The translations under genes were made by a program, and so were the position numbers. Below the pieces are notes generated by a model that worked only from the letters and a program-made list of their open reading frames with translations, did no database searches and was not told where the DNA came from. 64,000 nt of DNA from NCBI GenBank assembly GCA_002778465.1, contig PFBV01000003.1, positions 239,766 to 303,765 on the forward strand, read 5' to 3'. Shown piece after piece: positions 1 to 10,374 of this stretch. The DNA comes from Candidatus Magasanikbacteria bacterium CG10_big_fil_rev_8_21_14_0_10_36_32 (GTDB lineage Bacteria > Patescibacteriota > Patescibacteriia > Magasanikbacterales > GWA2-37-8). Numbering within the stretch: position 1 is the first letter of the stretch; every line of letters starts with the position of its first letter.

Positions 1-85
1 AATTTTCAAAGGTTGCACTTTTTCTTTCACCCAAATTTGCCTTCACTCCGTTTCGGCAAACTTCGGATATTACGAAACGTTATGT
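1..85 (+). mobile_element. 3' part of an attC-like recombination site (cassette lies upstream, outside the window)
   Basis: CACCCAAATT...GCAAA...CTTCGGATA...AACGTTATGT (G at 79) closely parallels the site at 39434-39533 (CACCCAAATT...GCAAAA...CATCGCATA...AACGTTATGT). Confidence 0.55.
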
Positions 86-209
86 ATGCCGAAAACCAAC
101 TCATTTGAAATCGCGCATAAACATTTAGACGCTTGCTCAAAGATTTTAAAATGAGCCTGAAGCAACTATTATACAAAAAATAAAAAACTCCCGTTTTGTC
201 GGGAGTTTT

Positions 210-707
210 TTATTTTAATTTTTTCTTCCACAAACTTTGTCCGGCACAGAGAGCAACTGCCAAAGCATCAGCTGCGTCATCGGATTTTATTTTACCGGGA
301 ATTTTTAGAATCATCGCTACCATTTTTTGCATCTGGCTTTTTTCTGCCCGGCCAAAACCGGTAATTGCTTGTTTGATTTGAAGCGGTGTAAATTCATCAA
401 CGGGAATTTTATTTTCCACCGCTGTCAATAAAATTACACCTCGCGCCTGTCCAACCTTAATAGCTGTTTTAACATTTTTGAAAAAAAATAAATCTTCCAC
501 CGCCATCCTGGTTGGTTTATATTTTTTAATTAAAAGCAAAAGTTGCCGATGCATTTCGGCAATTCGGTCAACAAACTCGCCTCCGCTCGGGGTCTCAATA
601 CAACCATAATCCAGCGCTCGCCAATCTTGACCAGCCGCTTTTTCCACAATACCATAACCTACTCTGCCATAACCGGGATCAATGCCAAGTATAATATCTT
701 GATTCAT
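210..707 (-). CDS. ruvC: Holliday junction resolvase RuvC
   Basis: ILGIDPG, AVEDLFF, GQARGV, DDAADALAVA motifs. Confidence 0.97.
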   Translation of the reverse strand: MNQDIILGIDPGYGRVGYGIVEKAAGQDWRALDYGCIETPSGGEFVDRIAEMHRQLLLLIKKYKPTRMAVEDLFFFKNVKTAIKVGQARGVILLTAVENKIPVDEFTPLQIKQAITGFGRAEKSQMQKMVAMILKIPGKIKSDDAADALAVALCAGQSLWKKKLK

Positions 708-775
708 ATACCCATATTTTAGCAGAATTTAAACAAAACAAAAAGTCCTCAGATGAGGACTTTTTTTATATTGTT

Positions 776-1504
776 TTATTCAGCATTGGTATAAAAATCT
801 TCCACATCATCATTATCTTCCAAATCACCAAATAATTTTTCCAATTTACCCTGAACTTCTTCGGAAATTGGCACCTTATCTTTGGCTGACCAAATCAAGC
901 CTGACTCTTTCGTTTCAATATTCATTTCTCTTAATTTATCAACAACTTTTTTAAAATTTTCTGTTTTGGTTTTAATTTCCAATCCGCCACCTTCCGCTTC
1001 TTGAATATCTTCAACTCCGGCGTCTATCATTTCCATTTCAAATTCTTCACGATTAGCCGGCTGTTTATCGGCCTCAATTAAAATATAACCAAGCTGTTGA
1101 AACATCCAACTGACCGAACCGGCATTACCAAATGAACCGCCTTTGTCTGAAACAATATGTTTTATTTCCTGCACGGTACGATTTTTATTATCAGTCAAAC
1201 AACGAATCATAATAGCCACTCCGCCCGGGCCATAAGCTTCATACAACATTTCTTCCACTTGAGTGCCATCGTTTAATTCTCCGGTACCTTTTTTAATAGC
1301 CCTATCAATATTATCCTTTGGCATACCGGCCGCTTTTGCCTTATCTACAGCCAAACGTAAAGAAAAATTAATTGCCATATCACCACCGCCTTGTTTAGCC
1401 GCGATACTAATGGCTTTAGAAAATTTGGAAAACAAATTACTGCGCAAAGCATCTTGTTTTCCTTTTCTGCCTTGTATATTATGCCATTTAGAATGTCCGC
1501 TCAT
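776..1504 (-). CDS. yebC: YebC/PmpR family protein
   Basis: MSGHSKWHNI, YEAYGPGG, TDNKNRT, DDVEDFYTN; adjacent to ruvC. Confidence 0.97.
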   Translation of the reverse strand: MSGHSKWHNIQGRKGKQDALRSNLFSKFSKAISIAAKQGGGDMAINFSLRLAVDKAKAAGMPKDNIDRAIKKGTGELNDGTQVEEMLYEAYGPGGVAIMIRCLTDNKNRTVQEIKHIVSDKGGSFGNAGSVSWMFQQLGYILIEADKQPANREEFEMEMIDAGVEDIQEAEGGGLEIKTKTENFKKVVDKLREMNIETKESGLIWSAKDKVPISEEVQGKLEKLFGDLEDNDDVEDFYTNAE

Positions 1505-1643
1505 AAAATTAACAAATTACAAAAATCTTACAAAACAAAATTATCTTAGCACAAACCAACAAGCTTGACAAGGAAGTAGATTTATGTTATTTTGAATGAT
1601 GTTATTGTGCTTGAAACAAAAAATCAAAATCATGGAGGAAAAA

Positions 1644-1817
1644 ATGACACAGAAAAAAACTCCTTCCAAAAAAGACGAGTCTGCCAAAAAAGGCAAAAAA
1701 TGCGTCTATCAATGTATTGTCTGCCCCAAATGCAACGGTTACGGGGGACATGACATCGCGCAAGCGTGTCCTGTTTGTGACAATGCGGGCTATATCTATT
1801 TGACTGGCACGAAATAA
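1644..1817 (+). CDS. small Zn-finger protein (DnaJ-type CxxCxGxG-like), stand-alone unit
   Basis: CPKCNGYG...CPVCDNAG; TTGACA at 1565, GGAGG before ATG 1644, terminator hairpin 1856-1888. Confidence 0.75.
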   Translation: MTQKKTPSKKDESAKKGKKCVYQCIVCPKCNGYGGHDIAQACPVCDNAGYIYLTGTK

Positions 1818-1944
1818 CACAAAAACTACTATCCTAAAGAGCACGCTCATTAGTGGGCACACCGCATTTTCGCGGATGTGCCCTTTTTTATAAATAAAAT
1901 AACGCCCCGATTGGCGCGAGGCGTCATTTTTATATTTTTATGGC

Positions 1945-4900
1945 TTATTTCTTAAATCCAGTACCACAAGGAATCAAACGACCAATAATAACATTTTCTT
2001 TCAAACCTTCCAAATAATCAATCTTACCGGTGATGGCGGTATTAATAAGCACGCGAGCTGTTTCTTGGAATGAAGCGGCTGACAAGAAACTCTGTGTGGA
2101 CAAAGATACGCGGCTGATACCAAGCAACAATTCACGAACCACAGCTTCTTTTCCGCCTTCTTTTCTTGTTTGGCGATTAGAATATTCAACTTGCGCTTTT
2201 TCCACAATTTCACCCGGCAACAAATCTGTTTCACCGGCATCTTCAATATAAACACGACTGAACATCTGTTTAATAATCAATTCCATGTGCTTATCATTTA
2301 CTTTTTGACCTTGAGAAGAGTAAATATTTTGAGTTTCTTCCAAGATATAACGCTGAACAGCTGAACGTCCGCGTAATTCATGGAGTTCGTGCAAATTAAT
2401 ACTTCCGTTGGTCAGTTGGTCTCCGCGTTTAACTTTATCGCCGGAATTTACATATAATTTATAACCCAACGGAACCACATATTCGCGAACTTTCGGTCCT
2501 TCATAAGACAAAACAATAGTACTCTTTCCAACCTTAACATTGCCCGGATATTTCGCTTTAATTTCTTCACCATCACTGCCGCGAACTAACAAAACTGTGT
2601 CTTCGGCGACAATTTCTCCATCTTTAACTAAAACTTCGTCTTCTTGGGTAAATTTAATTTTAGTTTCATCCATTCCTTCAAAATGAATTTTAATAATTTT
2701 TTGTCCACGTCGACCCTCAAACAATTTCTTACCTGATGGGGAAGTAATAATTTTTCCATCTGCATCTTCAATTTCAACCTCACCATCAACTTCCGATAAA
2801 AATGCCTGATGTTTCGGATTGCGAGCTTCAAATAATTCTTCCACGCGAGGCAAACCTTGAGTAATATCGCTACCAGCGACACCGCCAGTATGAAAAGTTC
2901 TCAAAGTAAGCTGTGTGCCGGGTTCACCGATTGATTGAGCGGCAATTACACCTACTGATGTTCCCATTTCCGCCGGTTTATTATAAGACAAATCGTAACC
3001 ATAACATTTCTGACAAACACCTTTTGGCAGTTTACACTGCAAAACACTGCGTACATGAACTGATTTAATTTGACTTTCTTCAATCACACGAGCAATTTTT
3101 TCATCAATCATTTCGCCCGCCTTAACTAATACTTTATTTCCAACTTTAACATCTTCCAAAGCATAGCGTCCCCAAACACGATCTGATAATTTTTCTCCCA
3201 TTTCTTGTGATTGTTCTTCAGTAAAGATTTCTCCGACATTATCACCGCAATCTTCTTCCAAAATTACCATATCTTGACAAACATCAACTAAACGACGGGT
3301 TAAATAACCGGCACCAGAAGTACGCAAAGCTGTGTCAGACAAGCCTTTTCTTGTACCATGTGAAGAAATAAAGAATTCTAAAGAATCAAAACCTTCTTTA
3401 AAATTACCTTTAACCGGTAATTCCATAATATCGCCAGATGGTGATGCAACCAAACCTTTCATACCGATAACCTGCCCAAGCTGACCCCAAGTACCGCGAG
3501 CGCCAGATTCAATCATGGCGTAAACCGGACCATTTTTACCTAAAGTATCTTGATTGTTAGCCACAACTTTTTCTTTTGTTTCAGTCCAAATTTCTAAAAT
3601 TCTGGCATGACGCTCGGTTTGAGTCAATAGACCTTCTTGAAACTGATCATCAGCCTGACGAACCATCTGTTCGGCTTCTTTAATAATTCCTTCTTTGGCA
3701 ACAATTTTCGGAAAATCCATCATACTCAAAGAGTAACCTGACTTGGTAGCATACTTAAAACCAAGATTTTTCAAATCATCCAAAAATACTGCCGTATTTT
3801 GCTGTCCATAAAATTCCAAAATCAAACTGATAATTTTTGCTAATTTCTTAACATTAATTACTTCATTATAATAAGGAATTTTTTCCGGCAAACCATCATT
3901 AAAAATGATGCGGCCAACCGTAGTTTCAATTAACGGTTTTGTTCCTTCAGGAAATTTACTCAAATCAACAAAACGAACTTTGATTCTTTCGTGTAAATCA
4001 ATCAAACGATTTTTATAAGCCAACAAAGCCTCCTTTTCAGAAGTAAAGTGTTTAAATGTTTTTTTCTCTTCTTGATCTTCATCTAAACGAGTTAGGTAGA
4101 AACAACCAAGAACGATATCTTGTTTCGGAGTAATAACAGGAGAGCCTGTGGCCGGTTTCAAAATATTTTTTTCCGCCGCCATTAAATTATCAGCTTCCCA
4201 TCTGGCTTCTTTGGTTAAAGGTAAATGTACAGCCATTTGATCGCCGTCAAAATCGGCGTTAAAAGCAGTACAAACTAACGGGTGTAATTGAATAGCATTA
4301 CCTTCAATTAAACGTGGATGAAAAGCCTGAATACCCAAACGATGCAAAGTTGGAGCTCTGTTTAACAAAACACGAGTAGTTTTTGTTAATTCTTCTAAAA
4401 TATCCCAAACCTCATCACGTTCTGACTCGATAAAACGGCTGGCGCTACGAACATTGTGCGCCAATTCACGCTTAATTATTTCTGCCATTATAAACGGTTT
4501 AAATAATTCTAAAGCCATTCGTTTGGGTAAACCACACTCATCAATATTTAAGTTTGGACCAACCACAATAACCGAACGTCCAGAATAATCAACACGCTTA
4601 CCTAACAAATTCTGACGGAAACGGCCTTGTTTGCCTTTTAAAATATCAGCCAAAGAACGCAATTGCCGGCGTTGTCCGGTAGAAGCAGCAACAGTTTTAG
4701 CATGACGGGCGTTATTATCAATTAAAGCATCAACTGCTTCTTGCAACATTCTTTTTTCATTTCTACAAATTACTTCTGGCGCGTTTAATTCAGTTAATCT
4801 TTGCAGACGATTATTACGGTTAATAACGCGGCGATATAAATCATTCAAATCAGAAGTGGCAAAACGTCCGCCATCTAAAGCCACCATCGGACGCAAATCC

Positions 4901-5823
4901 GGAGGAACTACAGGTAAACATTTCATTACCATCCACTCAGGACGGATTTCATTCATTAACAAACTCTTCAAAAGTTTTTTGCGGCGGATAATTTTTTCCA
5001 ATTTTGCGCCTTTAACTTTTTGTTGTTCTTCTGTCAAACGATTATAAGTTTCCTGTAAATTAACCCGAGACAATAAATTATAAACCGCTTCAGCGCCAAT
5101 TGACGCTTCAAACAAATGTCCATAGCGCAATGACATTTCTTGATAACGATTTTCTGAAACAATTCTTAAAACCTGCAATTCTTTTAACTCTTTGTCGGCT
5201 TGCTGAAAATCAGCTTCTAAAACTTTTATTTTTCTTGTTCCTTCTTCTTGAATTTTGTCCCAAGCTTCCTGACCAAGTTTTTTGTCTGTAGCCGCCTTAA
5301 TAGCTTGAGCAGTTTCATTTTCAATCTGTTTTTTCTTACTTTTAAATTCTTGTCGTAACAAATCAAAAGCTTGTTTCTTTCCTTCTTCGTCAACATGAGT
5401 AATTATAAAGCTGGCAAAATAAATAACTTTTTCCAAAGCTTGAGCGGACAAATCCAAAACTAAACCGATTTTTGACGGCACTGAACGAAGAAACCAAATA
5501 TGAGCTACTGGTGTAGTCAATTCAATATGTCCCATTCGTTCACGGCGTACCAAAGAAGTGGTCACTTCTACCCCACACTTATCACAAACAATTCCTTTGT
5601 AACGAATTTTTTTATATTTACCGCAATAACATTCCCAATCTTTGGTAGGACCAAAAATTTCTTCAGCAAACAAACCGCCTTTTTCCGGTTTTTGAGTACG
5701 ATAATTAATGGTTTCCGGTTTACGAACTTCACCAAAAGACCAATGACGGATAACTTCTGGAGAAGCGATTTTGAGACGAATGGCGTCAAAATCTATGGTT
5801 GGACGATTTTCTCTAAATAACAT
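1945..5823 (-). CDS. rpoC: RNA polymerase beta' subunit
   Basis: NADFDGD catalytic motif, CYCGKYK...CDKC zinc finger, GEPGTQLT. Confidence 0.99.
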   Translation of the reverse strand: MLFRENRPTIDFDAIRLKIASPEVIRHWSFGEVRKPETINYRTQKPEKGGLFAEEIFGPTKDWECYCGKYKKIRYKGIVCDKCGVEVTTSLVRRERMGHIELTTPVAHIWFLRSVPSKIGLVLDLSAQALEKVIYFASFIITHVDEEGKKQAFDLLRQEFKSKKKQIENETAQAIKAATDKKLGQEAWDKIQEEGTRKIKVLEADFQQADKELKELQVLRIVSENRYQEMSLRYGHLFEASIGAEAVYNLLSRVNLQETYNRLTEEQQKVKGAKLEKIIRRKKLLKSLLMNEIRPEWMVMKCLPVVPPDLRPMVALDGGRFATSDLNDLYRRVINRNNRLQRLTELNAPEVICRNEKRMLQEAVDALIDNNARHAKTVAASTGQRRQLRSLADILKGKQGRFRQNLLGKRVDYSGRSVIVVGPNLNIDECGLPKRMALELFKPFIMAEIIKRELAHNVRSASRFIESERDEVWDILEELTKTTRVLLNRAPTLHRLGIQAFHPRLIEGNAIQLHPLVCTAFNADFDGDQMAVHLPLTKEARWEADNLMAAEKNILKPATGSPVITPKQDIVLGCFYLTRLDEDQEEKKTFKHFTSEKEALLAYKNRLIDLHERIKVRFVDLSKFPEGTKPLIETTVGRIIFNDGLPEKIPYYNEVINVKKLAKIISLILEFYGQQNTAVFLDDLKNLGFKYATKSGYSLSMMDFPKIVAKEGIIKEAEQMVRQADDQFQEGLLTQTERHARILEIWTETKEKVVANNQDTLGKNGPVYAMIESGARGTWGQLGQVIGMKGLVASPSGDIMELPVKGNFKEGFDSLEFFISSHGTRKGLSDTALRTSGAGYLTRRLVDVCQDMVILEEDCGDNVGEIFTEEQSQEMGEKLSDRVWGRYALEDVKVGNKVLVKAGEMIDEKIARVIEESQIKSVHVRSVLQCKLPKGVCQKCYGYDLSYNKPAEMGTSVGVIAAQSIGEPGTQLTLRTFHTGGVAGSDITQGLPRVEELFEARNPKHQAFLSEVDGEVEIEDADGKIITSPSGKKLFEGRRGQKIIKIHFEGMDETKIKFTQEDEVLVKDGEIVAEDTVLLVRGSDGEEIKAKYPGNVKVGKSTIVLSYEGPKVREYVVPLGYKLYVNSGDKVKRGDQLTNGSINLHELHELRGRSAVQRYILEETQNIYSSQGQKVNDKHMELIIKQMFSRVYIEDAGETDLLPGEIVEKAQVEYSNRQTRKEGGKEAVVRELLLGISRVSLSTQSFLSAASFQETARVLINTAITGKIDYLEGLKENVIIGRLIPCGTGFKK

Positions 5824-5845
5824 ATAAGAAGAATATTAAATTATT

Positions 5846-8800
5846 TTATTTAGAAGGATTTTCTTCAGTTTTTTTTTCAAGCGTAGTATCAATTAATCCC
5901 GCATCATCATCTTTTTTTTGTTCAACAACCGTTTCTGTCGCCACATGATATTCACCGTTTTCTCCTTGTTTCAACAATTCAACATCTAATCCAAGACCTT
6001 TCATTTCACGAACTAACACATTAAATGATTCTGGAATATTTACATTTTTAATATCTTCACCTTTAATAATCGCTTCGTAAGCTTTAGAGCGACCCGGCAC
6101 ATCATCGGATTTAATGGTTAAAATTTCCTGTAAAATATGAGCGGCACCATAAGCTTCCAAGGCCCAAACTTCCATTTCGCCAAAACGCTGTCCACCGAAT
6201 TGAGCACGTCCACCCAACGGCTGTTGAGTAATCAAACTGTAAGGACCAATAGATCGTTGGTGGATTTTATCTTCAACCATATGATTTAGTTTAAGCACAT
6301 AGCTATAGCCAACAGTCACCTTATGATCAAACGGTTCACCCGTACGGCCATCATATAAAACAGACTGGCCATCAGACGAAAATCCGGCTTTAACTAACTC
6401 TTCTTTAATTTGATCTTCGTTCAATCCATTGAAAGGCGGGGTGGCAACACGATAACCCAAAGCGTTAGCGGCCAATCCCAAATGATTTTCCAACAACTGT
6501 CCAAGATTCATACGAGAAATAACACCGAGTGGGGACAAAATTATATCAACAGGAGTACCATCTTCCAAAAACGGCATATCCTCGGCTGGGACAACCCTGG
6601 AAATAACACCCTTGTTACCATGTCGACCTGACAATTTATCACCAACCTGAACTTTTCTCATATCAGCCACACGAACGCGAACTTGTTTAATAACACCTGG
6701 TTCTAATTTATCACCATTCTCAGACGAAAATACTTTCACATCAACAACTTTTCCATGTTCTCCGTGTTCAAGGTATAAAGAAGAATCACGAACATCTCTA
6801 GCTTTTTCACCAAAAATCGCTCGCAATAATCTTTCTTCGGCACTCAATTCAGTCTCTCCTTTCGGAGTGATTTTACCAACCAAAATATCACCAGATTTAA
6901 CTTCGGCGCCAACACGAACAATGCCTTCGCTGTCTAAATTTTTTAATTTTTCTTCACTGACATTCGGAATATCTGATGTTACCAATTCCGGACCGAGTTT
7001 GGTTTCACGAACATCAACTACATAATCTTCAATATATATAGAACTGAAACGATCTTGCTTGACAACACGATCAGATAAAATAATCGCATCTTCATAATTA
7101 TATCCATCCCAAGACAAATAAGCGACTAAAATATTTTGTCCTAAAGCCAATTCTCCGTCACGAATACACGGACCATCTGTTAATGGTTGGCCTTTTTTAA
7201 CTTTATCACCAATATTAACAACTGGATGTTGGTTAACACAAGTGGCGGCATTAGAACGTAAAAATTTATTTAAATTATAAACACACTTCTCTCCTTTTTT
7301 ATCAACCACAGCAATCTGATGTCCTGATAATTCAACCACTTCACCTTCAATTTCCGATTTAATAATATAACCGGTATTGTCGGCCACAGCTCTTTCAACA
7401 CCTGTACCAACCAATGGCGGCTCAACTTTAATACATGGCACGGCTTGCCGCTGCATATTTGTGCCCATCAAAGCACGCGTAGCATCATCGTGTTCCAAAA
7501 AAGGAATTAAAGCGGTGGCCAAACTGATAATTTGACTAGTGGACACATCAACATAATCTACCGCATTTGATTCAACAGTGCCTGGTTTTCCATAAATACG
7601 AGCCGAAACCATATCCTGAATGAAATATCCGTGGTCATCAATTTTAACCGTGGCCGGCGCAGTAACAGTCTTTTCTTCTCTGAAAGAATTAAGATAAACA
7701 ACTTCATTGGTAACACGAGGTTTAACCTGAATCATTTCTTGTTTAGTTGAAGAAAGTTTTTTAGCTATATCTTTAGTAATGACGGTTCCGTCTTTAACAC
7801 CACCAACATCGCCATGTAAAATTTCATCAACTAACAAGTTCGGATCGTTAGCCACTTCTTTTAAAACTTTTCTATAAGGAGTTTCAATAAAACCCAATTC
7901 ATTAACACGAGCAAAACTGGCCAGGTGATTAACTAAACCAATGTTCGGACCTTCCGGAGTAGCAATCGGACAAATACGTCCATAATGAGTATTGTGCACA
8001 TCACGAACTTCAAAACCGGCTCTATCGCGAGACAAACCTCCTGGACCCAAAGCGCTTAAACGTCTCTTGTGTTCCAGTTCTGATAAAACATTAATCTGAT
8101 CCATGAATTGGGATAATTGCGAACTCATAAAAAATTCACGGATGGCGCTGATTACCGGACGAGCATTGATTAATTTGTTCGGAGTTAATTGTTCCAATTC
8201 ATAAGTACTCATTCTGTCTTTTATTACACGCTCCATTCTGGCCAAACCAACACGAAAACGATTTTGGATTAATTCACCGACCGCGCGAATGCGGCGATTA
8301 CCCAAATGATCAATATCATCAGGATCTTCCTGTGTAACATTTAATCTGATAACTTCTTTAACTACTTGTAATAACTTTTCAGGAGATAAAACACGATTTT
8401 CTTTTTTAGAAAAATCTTCCGGCGAATAACCCATATCAAACTTGGTGTCAAACTTATAAACACCGACCGGACCCAAATCATACCGATCGAAATTAAAAAA
8501 CATGGCATGAATCAAACTCTTAGCATTATCAGCTGTAGCCAAATCACCAGGACGAATTTTTTTATAAACTTCAATTAACCCCTCGTCAACAGTTTTGGCC
8601 AAATCTTTTTTCAAAGTCGAATCAATATAATCAATGTTCGGATGAATATTTACATCTTTTAAAAGATCGGTTATTTTTTCATTATCTTCATAACCAAAAG
8701 CGCGCATCAAAGAAGTGATGGCCACCTTACGCTTACGGTCAATTTTAACCCAAAGAGTATTATTTTGGTCAGTTTCAATTTCTAACCAAGCGCCACGATT

Positions 8801-9292
8801 GGGAATAATTTTAGCACCATAATATCGGCGTCCACGAACATTTTCGGCAGTAAAGAAAACTCCTGCTGAACGAATAAGTTGAGAAACAACCACACGCTCA
8901 ATACCATTAACAACAAAAGTTCCGCGCTGTGTCATTAACGGTAAATCACCCAAATAAATTTCTTGCGTTTTGGACTGTTTTGTATTCTTGTTATACAAAC
9001 GAGCATTTACTCTCAGTGGCGCTTCAAAAGTTAAATTACGAGTTCGGCACACCATTTCATCAAATTTCGGTTCATCTAAATAATAGTCTTCCAAATAAAG
9101 CTCTAAATTACGGTCAGTAAAATCTGTAATCGGCGAAACTTCCTCAAACAATTCTTTAATGCCGTATTTCAAAAACCAATTATAAGAATTGAGTTGCAAT
9201 TCCACTAAATTTGGAAAAGGAGCAGCATCAAGATTTTTTGTAAAAAATTTTCGTTGCGTATTTTTAATCGCGTTTGCTTTATAAGTAGCCAT
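5846..9292 (-). CDS. rpoB: RNA polymerase beta subunit
   Basis: GDKLSGRHGNKG, GGQRFGEME, HYGRICPIATPEGPNIG. Confidence 0.99.
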   Translation of the reverse strand: MATYKANAIKNTQRKFFTKNLDAAPFPNLVELQLNSYNWFLKYGIKELFEEVSPITDFTDRNLELYLEDYYLDEPKFDEMVCRTRNLTFEAPLRVNARLYNKNTKQSKTQEIYLGDLPLMTQRGTFVVNGIERVVVSQLIRSAGVFFTAENVRGRRYYGAKIIPNRGAWLEIETDQNNTLWVKIDRKRKVAITSLMRAFGYEDNEKITDLLKDVNIHPNIDYIDSTLKKDLAKTVDEGLIEVYKKIRPGDLATADNAKSLIHAMFFNFDRYDLGPVGVYKFDTKFDMGYSPEDFSKKENRVLSPEKLLQVVKEVIRLNVTQEDPDDIDHLGNRRIRAVGELIQNRFRVGLARMERVIKDRMSTYELEQLTPNKLINARPVISAIREFFMSSQLSQFMDQINVLSELEHKRRLSALGPGGLSRDRAGFEVRDVHNTHYGRICPIATPEGPNIGLVNHLASFARVNELGFIETPYRKVLKEVANDPNLLVDEILHGDVGGVKDGTVITKDIAKKLSSTKQEMIQVKPRVTNEVVYLNSFREEKTVTAPATVKIDDHGYFIQDMVSARIYGKPGTVESNAVDYVDVSTSQIISLATALIPFLEHDDATRALMGTNMQRQAVPCIKVEPPLVGTGVERAVADNTGYIIKSEIEGEVVELSGHQIAVVDKKGEKCVYNLNKFLRSNAATCVNQHPVVNIGDKVKKGQPLTDGPCIRDGELALGQNILVAYLSWDGYNYEDAIILSDRVVKQDRFSSIYIEDYVVDVRETKLGPELVTSDIPNVSEEKLKNLDSEGIVRVGAEVKSGDILVGKITPKGETELSAEERLLRAIFGEKARDVRDSSLYLEHGEHGKVVDVKVFSSENGDKLEPGVIKQVRVRVADMRKVQVGDKLSGRHGNKGVISRVVPAEDMPFLEDGTPVDIILSPLGVISRMNLGQLLENHLGLAANALGYRVATPPFNGLNEDQIKEELVKAGFSSDGQSVLYDGRTGEPFDHKVTVGYSYVLKLNHMVEDKIHQRSIGPYSLITQQPLGGRAQFGGQRFGEMEVWALEAYGAAHILQEILTIKSDDVPGRSKAYEAIIKGEDIKNVNIPESFNVLVREMKGLGLDVELLKQGENGEYHVATETVVEQKKDDDAGLIDTTLEKKTEENPSK

Positions 9293-9569
9293 AATTTTTA
9301 AAAAAATTAATTATTTTTTAAAATATATAAATTGAATTTTTTTAACAATTTTCTTTTCACTCGTGTCGCTGCGTAAACAAAAAACCTCCCCGTTCAATTT
9401 GGGCAGTTAAAAAATAGTAATATTCAGTTGTTTAGCAAGGTGAGCATGAAATTGTTTTTACCTTGCGCGTAGCTCAAAAAGGATATTTTGGCCACACTTT
9501 AGGCTTATTTTAGGCAAAAAAACGCCTTAGCCGAATGTCCAAACAGGACATTGTTTTATATAGTAAGAT

Positions 9570-9599
9570 AATTCTACACTAAAAAAATGATTTTGTCAA
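9570..9599 (-). promoter_or_regulatory. probable rpoB promoter with ~270 nt leader
   Basis: minus strand TTGACA-17 nt-TAGAAT, no ORF between it and rpoB. Confidence 0.55.
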
Positions 9600-9682
9600 C
9601 TAAAAAGCAAGTCAAAAACCTTTTGTCAAGACACTGTAAAATTTGGCTTAAATAAGCGATTTTTATTTTATCATCAACAAGT

Positions 9683-9691
9683 TATCCACAG
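9683..9691 (+). promoter_or_regulatory. perfect DnaA box outside oriC
   Basis: TTATCCACA; one-mismatch box TTGTCCACA at 9719. Confidence 0.5.
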
Positions 9692-10102
9692 TTATAAAAA
9701 ATTACTTGCAAATTATACTTGTCCACACAATCTTAAAAATGTGGTATAATAACACTGGTAATTAATTTTTTCGCTTAACAAAGCCAAAAAAAGAAATTGA
9801 ACCAGCATTTTTTCATTTTTTGACAAAAATGCGTTTAAACCGTTAAAATTTATTAATATATTTTATCTCTATCAAGCTGCGGTGGGGTTGATGCGTTAAC
9901 GAATTGGATTTTAAAAATACTCTCTCCTTTCCCTAATAACATCATGTTATTTTGGAAAAAAATTTTTGAGACTCATTTCGCCTTTTAGCATGCTACTCCT
10001 TCGCAGCTTAATGGGGATAAAAATCCCGCCTTGACGGCGTATTTTTTTACAAAAAACCACCTCGAAAAACGAGGTGGTATGTAGTTAAAAAGAACAAAAA
10101 AT

Positions 10103-10261
10103 TTAGTTTTCCGTATCGCGCTGGGAATGTTTTTCCCGGCGTCGATACTTAGACTTATCGCGATGCCGCCCTCCACGACCCAACTGATTAATAGCTGTGT
10201 CCGGCAAACGCGGCATAATCGGCAACTCCTGCTTCTTCTTTTTCTTGTGTTTCTTGCTCAT
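10103..10261 (-). CDS. small basic protein (52 aa) with ArfA-like KxxYxRxxKH tail, stand-alone unit
   Basis: TTGACA at 10325-10320, CGTTCTTT, AGGAG, ATG 10261; terminator 10056-10078. Confidence 0.7.
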   Translation of the reverse strand: MSKKHKKKKKQELPIMPRLPDTAINQLGRGGRHRDKSKYRRREKHSQRDTEN

Positions 10262-10374
10262 TTGGAACACTCCTTGTTTAATTGAAAGAACGAAATACTG
10301 TAGCATGTTTTTAAAGCCTTGTCAACAATTGTTTACATAATAAAACTATGCTAAAATATCTTTATTATAAAACT

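Noticed and set aside
9985-10020. Minus-strand AAGCTGCGAAGGAGTAGC resembling SRP RNA helix 8
   Set aside because: Stem length and internal-loop bases do not fit the consensus, and there is no long enclosing helix.
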